In this document: positions 38,017 to 45,388 of the stretch, one piece after another
Layout of the letters: every line of letters begins with the position of its first letter
Numbering within the stretch: the stretch's first letter is position 1
NCBI GenBank assembly: GCA_045660545.1
Contig: JAZREA010000026.1
Span: 12,561-76,560 of the forward strand
Source: Clostridia bacterium
GTDB taxonomy: Bacteria; Bacillota; Clostridia; Monoglobales; Firm-18
DNA length: 64,000 nucleotides
Direction: 5' to 3'
Translations under genes and position numbers: made by a program
The notes under the pieces: generated by a model
Databases searched by the model: none
Seen by the model: the letters and a program-made list of their open reading frames with translations, nothing else
What the model was told of the DNA's origin: nothing

Positions 38017-38045
38017 TTGACAAACTCAGTATCTTGTGCTATTAT
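38017..38045 (+). promoter_or_regulatory. sigma-A promoter (extended -10) for tRNA-fMet
   Basis: TTGACA (38017-38022), 17-nt spacer ending TGC, then TATTAT (38040-38045). The tRNA starts about 30 nt downstream. Confidence 0.6.
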
Positions 38046-38076
38046 ATATAAGCGCTTTGAAAAAGCTGCTCAATAT

Positions 38077-38153
<77 letters not shown>

Positions 38154-38154
38154 G

Positions 38155-38187
38155 AAAAAGCGACTTGTTTCGACAAGTCGCTTTTTC
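38155..38187 (+). terminator. rho-independent terminator after tRNA-fMet
   Basis: AGCGACTTGT / ACAAGTCGCT stem followed by a T-run. Confidence 0.8.
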
Positions 38188-38190
38188 AAC

Positions 38191-38365
38191 GAAATAAATC
38201 CTGCGGATTTGTGAAATGCCCTTCGGGCGTGAAATATTACTTCGCAATGTGAAATACGCTTTGCGGCGTGTGGATTTATTTCATTTCACTGGATGCACTA
38301 GCATCAAATTTCACAATTTACGGAGTAAATTAATTCACATCAACGAAGTTGATATTTCACTGAAA
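38191..38365. repeat. array of GTGAAAT (x3) and A(T/A)TTCAC (x4) heptamers interleaved with mini-hairpins
   Basis: GTGAAAT at 38211, 38229 and 38249. ATTTCAC/AATTCAC at 38283, 38308, 38332 and 38354. Small stem-loops sit between the units. An 11-bp long-range stem pairs 38191-38201 with 38272-38282. Confidence 0.6.
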
Positions 38366-38397
38366 ATATGTGCCATCTAAACTGTTCGGCTCTTCCA

Positions 38398-38432
38398 TGA
38401 AAAAAAGACTTGTCGTTTGACAAGTCTTTTTA
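38398..38432. terminator. bidirectional terminator (3' of the DeoR gene)
   Basis: A-run, AAGACTTGTC / GACAAGTCTT stem, T-run. Confidence 0.75.
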
Positions 38433-38450
38433 TTGTATTTGTGTGAGTAA

Positions 38451-39200
38451 TCATACCACAATAATATTGTTTTCATTCAGCACAAAGAGTTCCTGGAGTT
38501 TCTTTGAATTTGTTACTATATAATCTATTTTCTGTATTGGCACAAGGTTAAATGGTGCAGAAAGATTCAGCTTGCTTTCATCACATAAGAACACTGTTTT
38601 TTTAGATTGTGCAATTGCATTTTTTCTAATTTGGGTTTCAGGGAGAGATGGGTCTGTTAAAATTCCTTTTTCATTTACGCCATGACAGGAAAAAATAAAG
38701 ATGTCTATGTTGAATTTCTGAATAAATTCTTCGGCAAAACTTCCAAAGTTTGCCAAGGAATTTTCAAATATTTCTCCTCCTGTGCAGTAGGTTTTAACTC
38801 CTTTTTTTACAAGCATTGCCGCCAAAGGAATACCATTTGTAATGACAGTTATACCTTTTTTTTTAGAAAGGAATTCAGCTAACTGCAATGTGGTGGTAGA
38901 TGCGTCAACAAAAACAATATCATTCTCATCGACAAATTTAGACGCGGCCTGACAAAGACGTCGTTTTTGCACACTATTGATAGTTTTTCTAAAGTCTAAT
39001 GGGGTAACTATGTGTTCGTTTTGTATTTTCTTTGCGCCACCGTGACTTCTTATTATTTGTTTTCGTAACTGTAATTCAGTTAAATCTCGTCGGATGGTAG
39101 GGAGGCTCACATACAACATTTTACTTAGCTTGTGAGCAGACACATAATGTTCTTCTTCTAAAATTTCCAATATTTTATCGTAACGTTCTTCTTTCAGCAT
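38451..39200 (-). CDS. DeoR/GlpR family transcriptional regulator
   Basis: ATG at 39200 sits behind AAAAGGAG. N-terminal HTH (LSKMLYVSLPTIRRDLTEL) and a C-terminal sugar-phosphate sensor domain. Confidence 0.85.
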   Translation of the reverse strand: MLKEERYDKILEILEEEHYVSAHKLSKMLYVSLPTIRRDLTELQLRKQIIRSHGGAKKIQNEHIVTPLDFRKTINSVQKRRLCQAASKFVDENDIVFVDASTTTLQLAEFLSKKKGITVITNGIPLAAMLVKKGVKTYCTGGEIFENSLANFGSFAEEFIQKFNIDIFIFSCHGVNEKGILTDPSLPETQIRKNAIAQSKKTVFLCDESKLNLSAPFNLVPIQKIDYIVTNSKKLQELFVLNENNIIVV

Positions 39201-39252
39201 AGAGGCACTCCTTTTTGAGCGATTATGATTGTTTATCAATATATTAGCCGCA

Positions 39253-39283
39253 GATTGACAATCGTTTCTGATTGTTTTATTAT
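39253..39283 (+). promoter_or_regulatory. promoter of HAD gene with overlapping GATTG-A-CAATC palindrome (candidate DeoR operator)
   Basis: TTGACA (39255-39260), 17 nt, TATTAT (39278-39283). Palindrome at 39253-39263. GATTGTTT is repeated at 39227 and 39270. Confidence 0.4.
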
Positions 39284-39319
39284 ATATCCGGTTTAAAAAA
39301 ATGTCAAGGGAGGTTCGAA

Positions 39320-40114
39320 ATGAGTACGTTGAAAGATAAAAGACTATTTCTTTTAGATATGGATGGTACCATTTATATAGACAATGAACTTTTCGATGGA
39401 ACAAAGGAATTTCTAAACTACGTCAAATCAGTTGGAGGCAGGTATATGTTCCTGACCAATAATTCATCAAAGGGTGTAGATAAATATATAAAAAAATTGG
39501 AATTGCTTGGAATAAAATCTGAAAAAGAGGATTTTCTTACGTCGGTCAATGCAACGATTCAGCATCTTAAAAAGAGAAATTATAAAAAGATTTATTCGTT
39601 TGGAACTGCATCTTTTGTGGAGGAACTATGTAAAGCTGATTTGCCTGTGACAACTCAAATGTGCGACGATATAGACTGTTTGTGTATAGGGTTTGATACG
39701 GAAATTACTTTTAAAAAAATTGAAGACGCTTGTATTTTGCTGACAAGAGGAGTGGACTATATAGCAACCAATCCTGACTGGGTATGCCCAACTAGGTATG
39801 GCTTTGTTCCTGATTGCGGTTCTGTTGTCCAAATGCTTTATAATGCAACAAAAAGAACACCGCATTTTATAGGGAAGCCCCGACCTGAAATGGCATATCT
39901 TGCTATGAAAGCAACAGGATTTAGACCAGAGGAAACAGTAATTGTAGGCGACAGACTTTATACTGACATTGCATGCGGAGTAAATGCCGGAATTTCCTCG
40001 GTGCTTGTTCTATCAGGTGAGGGGACAATGGAAGATGTGAAAAAAAGTGAGATTAAGCCTCAATTTATATATAATAATATAAAAGAGTTATATCTGGATT
40101 TGCAGATTGAATAG
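39320..40114 (+). CDS. HAD-IIA family hydrolase (NagD-like sugar phosphatase)
   Basis: ATG at 39320 sits behind AAGGGAGG. Motifs are LLDMDGT (motif I), LTNNS, and GDRLYTDI (motif IV). Confidence 0.85.
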   Translation: MSTLKDKRLFLLDMDGTIYIDNELFDGTKEFLNYVKSVGGRYMFLTNNSSKGVDKYIKKLELLGIKSEKEDFLTSVNATIQHLKKRNYKKIYSFGTASFVEELCKADLPVTTQMCDDIDCLCIGFDTEITFKKIEDACILLTRGVDYIATNPDWVCPTRYGFVPDCGSVVQMLYNATKRTPHFIGKPRPEMAYLAMKATGFRPEETVIVGDRLYTDIACGVNAGISSVLVLSGEGTMEDVKKSEIKPQFIYNNIKELYLDLQIE

Positions 40115-40158
40115 TGTTGTGCTTCAACAAAAGCATCTAAACCGTTCGGCTCTTTCAT

Positions 40159-40189
40159 AAAAAGCATCGACTTTGTCGGTGCTTTTTTC
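40159..40189 (+). terminator. rho-independent terminator after HAD gene
   Basis: GCATCGAC / GTCGGTGC stem followed by a T6 run. Confidence 0.7.
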
Positions 40190-40193
40190 TTTT

Positions 40194-40385
40194 GCGGGTT
40201 ATGAGACCGGCGAGCGTGGCTCGTTGGGCAATGAAACCGAGCGCTTCCGGTGGAAGATAAAGCGAGGCTGAATTGGCGCAGCGGTCGAAAAAGACGAGGA
40301 AAAGCAAAAGCCCGAAGTCTTTTTCGGGAACCGCAAGAGGCCCGTAAGGGATAACCCGGAGGTCGTCGCTTCTGCCTGAGCCCAT
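40194..40385. other. GC-rich ORF-free element containing inverted fragments of tRNA-fMet
   Basis: 40196-40215 GGGTTATGAGACCGGCGAGC matches 18 of 20 positions of the reverse complement of tRNA positions 38099-38118. 40351-40368 ATAACCCGGAGGTCGTCG is identical to 38112-38129. Internal 10-bp stem pairs 40286-40295 with 40317-40326. Confidence 0.5.
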
Positions 40386-40511
40386 ATCAAAGGAAATGAT
40401 ATATAAGATATCCTTTTTAAATACTTTACTTTTAAAAAAAGGAGTAGTATAATTATATTTATAGGATATAATGAATAAAATGTTGATTTTAAAAATCAGG
40501 AGGAAAACCAA

Positions 40512-41621
40512 ATGGAAAAAATACTTACAGGTTTTTGTTTTACAGACATACATAATCAGCAATCCATGCTCGATTATCCGACCACGCTCAGACAAACATT
40601 CATAAAGGCGAAAGAGCTGGCGGTGGAAGAGTTTGGCTTGGCTGATATAGCAATAATAGGCGGGGATAACATATCGGATTATCCGCACTGGGAGAGGTCG
40701 TGTGCCTTGCCTAAGAAGAATTTTCTGGACATAAAAAACAAAATTAACGAATGTGCTTCCGCAAGCGTAAAGGACAAAAAGGTGCTCTATGTTGCCGGAA
40801 ACAACGATATGATTTTAGGTGATATAGGAACGGAAGAAAACGACCCATATAATACTACGGATTTTTACGACTTTATGGATGAATCATTTGGCAAACTTCC
40901 TGAAAGTGAAAAGCTTATCCTTGTTTCCGAGCAGAAGCCGGGCGAGCTTTATTGGGGTGCATGCCATTATGTAGTTAACGGCATCGACTTTATCGGTATC
41001 AATGTCGACCCTAACACTGCGTTTAACTCTCACGAGGGAAGCTACAGCGACGAAACAATGCTTTGGGTTAAAGATAAGCTGAACGAAATCGACCCGGACG
41101 GAACAAAACCTGTTTTCATTGCAGGACATTTGTCAGCAATATATTATTATAATGACGGAGAATTGACCGAAACAATGATAAACGGAAACGTCGACTTGTT
41201 CTACGATATATTTAAAGGACACAAAAACGCCTTTTATCTTTACGGCCACCTGCATGGAGAAAGGTCGTGTTTTAAAGACTTTTCGTCGGGAGCTGTTTTG
41301 CATATCGGTGATGACGGTATGCCGCTCGACAGCAATTTGATGCAAACAGATTCGCTCGGAAAAGAATACGCATATTCATTCGTACACATGGGCGGACTAA
41401 GACCGTTTGGCAGAGAATATTTTGAAGATAACGGACTGACAGGTTACGGCGGCGCAGCGGAAAAGAAATACCATCCCGGTACAGCAACGCCTAAATTGGC
41501 ACAGTACCTTGTTTTTGAGGTATATAAGGACAGAGTTGTTTTCCATATCAGAAACTCAGGGACTCTCGAAAATTATCATCAAAAAGACAAACTTAAGGAA
41601 TATACAGTGTATTATAAATAA
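40512..41621 (+). CDS. metallophosphoesterase (calcineurin-like)
   Basis: 369 aa with motifs CFTDIHN, GGDN, AGNND and GHLHGE. AGGAGG RBS. Confidence 0.8.
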   Translation: MEKILTGFCFTDIHNQQSMLDYPTTLRQTFIKAKELAVEEFGLADIAIIGGDNISDYPHWERSCALPKKNFLDIKNKINECASASVKDKKVLYVAGNNDMILGDIGTEENDPYNTTDFYDFMDESFGKLPESEKLILVSEQKPGELYWGACHYVVNGIDFIGINVDPNTAFNSHEGSYSDETMLWVKDKLNEIDPDGTKPVFIAGHLSAIYYYNDGELTETMINGNVDLFYDIFKGHKNAFYLYGHLHGERSCFKDFSSGAVLHIGDDGMPLDSNLMQTDSLGKEYAYSFVHMGGLRPFGREYFEDNGLTGYGGAAEKKYHPGTATPKLAQYLVFEVYKDRVVFHIRNSGTLENYHQKDKLKEYTVYYK

Positions 41622-41649
41622 AAAGAAACTGATTCACTGCTTTAACAAC

Positions 41650-41677
41650 AAAAAGCACCCTGCGAGGGTGCTTTTTT
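41650..41677. terminator. bidirectional rho-independent terminator
   Basis: A-run, GCACCC-TGCGA-GGGTGC, T6, between convergent genes. Confidence 0.85.
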
Positions 41678-41683
41678 CTTGTG

Positions 41684-42625
41684 TTAAACCGCATACATGA
41701 TGTGAAGATTTCGAATTTGGGGGTCTTTTATTTTGTCATTAACTGAATAAGCGTGAGCTTCCGGGTTGGCAGAAGATGCGCTTGTAAGTTCTTGTCTTTG
41801 AAGCTCGTCTGTGATGGATGAGGAGATTTTTTCTATCAATTTAGTTTTTAAATTCCATTCGGTTTCGGAGTTTCCGCTTGAAATAAGATATTCAAGGTCG
41901 TCGTGAAGAAAAGATAGAGTTTCAAGTTCTCTTAATCCTCTGAAAACCCATTTGTAGTATGGTATATATTTTTTGTTTAAAAGAAAAATTACTTTAAGCG
42001 CCGCTTGAACAAATTCTGCTATCGCAAGCTGCGCGGCGCCGGATTCTCCTCTTTTTATACATCTTTCGTAGTTGTATTGTCCTGACTGTGCCATGATAAG
42101 CAGGTTTCCTGCTAATTTTTTAAGCCTCACGTCTTCGGGCAGGTAGGAAAGCCTTTGACGGATGGTTGTTAGAAGACCGAGGTTGTCTAAAAAAACCTTT
42201 CCGTTTGTAGCTTCCAAAAGAAACTGTTCTGAAATAGAGAGCCATCCTCTTGTCGTTAGTTCCCCGTTTTTGTCCCCTGTTTTATCCTCGAAAAAGCGAT
42301 TGATTCTTATAACGCCGTGTCGGTTTCCTCCAACAGGATTAAGCGGGTTTCTTTTAAAACCCAAAAACTCTTTCGGTAGCTTTGCGTACGCACGTTCTAG
42401 TAAAAATTCATCCTTTGCTGAGACAAGGCTTTCGTCCGGCAAAAAGATGCAAAAACCCGGCTCAAAATCGTGGTCGCGGGACAAAGAATCGTCAAAGCCC
42501 ATACATTCAGAACCGCTCCCGCAAAGACCTGTCGCCAGATATTGCTTTAAGTGAGAAAAATTGTCGTCTATCATTTTTTCTCCGTACTCTTTATAAAACC
42601 TTTCGGCAAGTTCAAGACCTTTCAT
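41684..42625 (-). CDS. DUF4037 domain protein (nucleotidyltransferase-like)
   Basis: Start taken at MKGLELAERFYKEYG (42625), which overlaps the upstream TPR gene by 14 nt. The GSGSECMGFDDSLSRDHD region is typical of the family as recalled. Confidence 0.7.
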   Translation of the reverse strand: MKGLELAERFYKEYGEKMIDDNFSHLKQYLATGLCGSGSECMGFDDSLSRDHDFEPGFCIFLPDESLVSAKDEFLLERAYAKLPKEFLGFKRNPLNPVGGNRHGVIRINRFFEDKTGDKNGELTTRGWLSISEQFLLEATNGKVFLDNLGLLTTIRQRLSYLPEDVRLKKLAGNLLIMAQSGQYNYERCIKRGESGAAQLAIAEFVQAALKVIFLLNKKYIPYYKWVFRGLRELETLSFLHDDLEYLISSGNSETEWNLKTKLIEKISSSITDELQRQELTSASSANPEAHAYSVNDKIKDPQIRNLHIMYAV

Positions 42626-43355
42626 AAATCTCCGTAGCCCTTTCTTTAAGCTCGTTTTCGTATGCAAAATGTCCGTAATATCCAAACACAGAGGCGCATT
42701 TTTCACATACGAAAGCGTAGTATCCGTTTTTGTTTTCGTGTTCGTCTAATATTTTTGCCGCCTTGTTAAGTAAGTCCTCTATAATCTCTTGTGCGTTTTC
42801 AAGCCCAATCTCAGCTTCCTTTAAGTTTGCGATGTTGAGGTGTGTTATGGCAACTTCAAGCATACCGTCCCCCGCACTTTCCATTACAGAAATAGCTTTT
42901 TCGTAAAAGGCAAGGGCCTTGTCAAATTCTTTTATATCAACGTAAGCAAGCGCCATGTTGTTATAAAGTCCACCAAAGCGCTTGTCAGTTTCCGGAAGCT
43001 GCTTTTTGTAAACTGCATACGCCTTCTCGAACAGCGGAATAGCATCACTTGCTTTGCCAAAGGATTTTAAAACCGTCCCTGCGTTAATGTATGTTGTTCC
43101 CGCGCCTGTGTTGGTTTCTATTCCCATGTCAGCCACTAATGACAAAGCATTTTGCACGGCACTGACAGCATCGGCTTCTCTTTGAAGCTTTCTGTAAAGT
43201 CCGCATAGCTCGTTTTGCAACAAAAGCATAGTTCTTTTGTCGTTAACTGCCTTTGCTTCTTCGAGCCTTTGTAAAATATACTTTTCGGCCCCGCTGTAAT
43301 CGTTTTTATGAAGGAATTCATCTAATTTGGTTAAAATACTTTCTGAATTAATCAT
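42612..43355 (-). CDS. tetratricopeptide repeat protein
   Basis: 247 aa with repeated A..Y...A..Y TPR-like helices, for example ALAFYEKAISV and AIPLFEKAYAVY. Confidence 0.8.
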   Translation of the reverse strand: MINSESILTKLDEFLHKNDYSGAEKYILQRLEEAKAVNDKRTMLLLQNELCGLYRKLQREADAVSAVQNALSLVADMGIETNTGAGTTYINAGTVLKSFGKASDAIPLFEKAYAVYKKQLPETDKRFGGLYNNMALAYVDIKEFDKALAFYEKAISVMESAGDGMLEVAITHLNIANLKEAEIGLENAQEIIEDLLNKAAKILDEHENKNGYYAFVCEKCASVFGYYGHFAYENELKERATEIYERS

Positions 43356-43476
43356 AAAGCACCTCGGTTTTTAAGATAACATAATTTTATCATATAATTA
43401 TTTTTGGTGCAATTATAAATATTATTTTATCAGTTGCATCTGTTGACATATAAGGTAAAATATGGTAGTATTATGT

Positions 43477-43491
43477 AGCACACTGTGTGCT
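43477..43491. promoter_or_regulatory. palindromic operator AGCACAC-T-GTGTGCT (copy 1, upstream of tetR-family gene)
   Basis: Perfect 7-1-7 palindrome just downstream of TTGACA (43443) with a 17-nt spacer and TAGTAT. Confidence 0.55.
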
Positions 43492-43508
43492 GAATGAGAG
43501 GTGTTGTT

Positions 43509-44087
43509 ATGACCAATGCTTGCGATAAGTTGATTTGTGATGAGATGTCAGAGCAAATAATAAAAGCTGCTGAGGAATTAACTCTGGTAGAAAAAACGCA
43601 TGAAATAAATGTCCGTAAAGTATTAAAACATCTCGGAATAACAAATCGTGTTTTTTATAATCGTTTCCACAATATTGATGAAGTCCTTGATATAATTTCA
43701 AGACGCTCAATTTTAAAGGTCAGGGAAAGCCTTAGGTTTCATTTTGATGAGGAAAAGGATTTTTTTGAACAGATAATGGACGAAGTAGAAAAAACTCTTA
43801 CCATCTCTTATGAAACAAGAAAGAACTTTGCACATTACGTTTTTGAAAACGATTCGGTTACCGACAGTAATTATCAATGGTGGATAGAAGAAATCAAGAT
43901 AATACTTAATTACGCCATTGAAAGAGGCTATATTAAAAACGTAGATACCGATATGACAAGTTATGCAATATGGTGCTTTATCCGCGGATTTAATACTGAT
44001 GCCATTGGCAGAAAGCTTTCGCTTGATGAAGCAATTAAAAAATACAGATATGGCTTTAAATTTATTTTGGATGGTTTAAAGGCCTGA
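43509..44087 (+). CDS. TetR/AcrR family transcriptional regulator
   Basis: ATG at 43509 sits behind GAGAGGTG. N-terminal HTH (INVRKVLKHLGITNRVFYNRFHNIDEV). Confidence 0.85.
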   Translation: MTNACDKLICDEMSEQIIKAAEELTLVEKTHEINVRKVLKHLGITNRVFYNRFHNIDEVLDIISRRSILKVRESLRFHFDEEKDFFEQIMDEVEKTLTISYETRKNFAHYVFENDSVTDSNYQWWIEEIKIILNYAIERGYIKNVDTDMTSYAIWCFIRGFNTDAIGRKLSLDEAIKKYRYGFKFILDGLKA

Positions 44088-44130
44088 TATAATTTTTGAA
44101 ATAGAGAGTTTTCTCTATTTTAAAAATATA

Positions 44131-44147
44131 CAGCACACTGTGTGCTG
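44131..44147. promoter_or_regulatory. palindromic operator CAGCACAC-T-GTGTGCTG (copy 2, upstream of ADH-DegV-ALDH operon)
   Basis: Same core as 43477-43491, extended to 8-1-8. Lies 40 nt before the ADH start. Confidence 0.55.
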
Positions 44148-44187
44148 AAATTGCAATTTGATTAAATATTTACCAAGGAGAATAGTT

Positions 44188-45387
44188 ATGTTTTTTATTA
44201 AATCAATATATTGCCGCGCGTTTCAGGCGGCTTTCAGACTGGCTTTGCCGTTGCTTCCGTACAGAGAACCGCAAATTATAAATTCCTGCAAAGAAATCTC
44301 AAATGTGTTGGAAAAAGAAAAAGCAACGTCCGTGCTTGTAGTTACAGACAAGGGTATAGCCGATAGCGGATTGTTAAAGCCTTTGGAAGATGTGTTAAAT
44401 TCGGTCAATATTCCGTATGCAGTTTATGACGAAACACTACCGAATCCAACGGTTATAAATGTTGAGGATGCGCTGAAACTGTATTACAAAAATAACTGTA
44501 ACGCCATCATAGCAATCGGCGGCGGTTCGGCGATGGATTGCGCAAAGGCGGTGGGCGTGCGTGTTACATATCCGAAAAGGACAGTAAACCAGTTGGGAGG
44601 TAAGCTAAAAGCATGGCGTAAGCTGCCTACATTTGTTGCTGTCCCTACAACAGCGGGTACGGGTAGCGAAACAACACTTGCTGCGATGATTACCGATTCC
44701 AAAACACATCATAAATACGCGATAATGAGCTTTCCGTTAATTCCGCATTATGCGGTTTTGGACGCAACTCTTACGTATTCTTTGCCACCGCATTTAACTG
44801 CGACTACCGGAATGGACGCTCTTACCCATGCGGTAGAAGCATACATCGGTCGCTCTACAACAAAAGAAACACGCAGACTTGCATTAGAAGCAACAAAGCT
44901 TGTGTTTGAAAATATTTACACGGCATACTCTGATGGCAAAAATTATACTGCGAGGGAAAATATGCTTCACGCGGCGTACAAGGCAGGCATATCGTTTTCA
45001 AAGTCTTATGTCGGATATATTCACGCTCTTGCGCACGCGCTTGGTGGCTTTTACGGAACGCCGCACGGACTTGCCAATACGGTTATAATGCCTTATGTGC
45101 TTGAATCTTATGGGAAAAGCATATATAAAAAGCTTTATAAACTCGGATTAAATGCAGGAATTTGTGATAAAAATGATTCGTACGAAGTCGGTGCAAAGAA
45201 ATTTATTGATGCAATAAGAAAGCTTAACTCTGATATGGGAATTCCCGACAAGATACAGGGTATCAAAAAAGGCGATATTCTTGCTTTGTCAAGGCACGCT
45301 GAAAGGGAAGCGAATCCGCTCTACCCCGTACCAAAGCTTATGACAAAAAATGAACTTAAAATTTTTTATTATATGGTAGGAGAATAA
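44188..45387 (+). CDS. iron-containing alcohol dehydrogenase
   Basis: ATG at 44188 sits behind AAGGAG. Motifs are GGGSAMDCAKA and PTTAGTGSETT, plus a His cluster (HALAHALG). Confidence 0.9.
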   Translation: MFFIKSIYCRAFQAAFRLALPLLPYREPQIINSCKEISNVLEKEKATSVLVVTDKGIADSGLLKPLEDVLNSVNIPYAVYDETLPNPTVINVEDALKLYYKNNCNAIIAIGGGSAMDCAKAVGVRVTYPKRTVNQLGGKLKAWRKLPTFVAVPTTAGTGSETTLAAMITDSKTHHKYAIMSFPLIPHYAVLDATLTYSLPPHLTATTGMDALTHAVEAYIGRSTTKETRRLALEATKLVFENIYTAYSDGKNYTARENMLHAAYKAGISFSKSYVGYIHALAHALGGFYGTPHGLANTVIMPYVLESYGKSIYKKLYKLGLNAGICDKNDSYEVGAKKFIDAIRKLNSDMGIPDKIQGIKKGDILALSRHAEREANPLYPVPKLMTKNELKIFYYMVGE

Positions 45388-45388
45388 T

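Noticed and set aside
38268-38282. TGTGGATTT resembling a DnaA box (TGTGGATAA), and TTCGACA 0A-box-like sequences in the tRNA terminators; possible origin or regulatory cluster
   Set aside because: Only single imperfect boxes. No dnaA/dnaN context and no AT-rich unwinding element. The matches are explained by the hairpin and heptamer repeats.
40194-40385. Intron-interrupted or split tRNA-fMet gene (group I intron in the anticodon loop)
   Set aside because: The two tRNA-derived fragments are in opposite orientations. The acceptor and T-loop parts are missing or diverged, and an intact tRNA-fMet exists at 38077-38153.
40155-40688. 177-aa minus-strand ORF (and the 63-aa ORF 40199-40390)
   Set aside because: It runs through a terminator, the GC-rich tRNA-fragment element, and the start of the metallophosphoesterase gene. 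No RBS, and its composition is inconsistent along its length.
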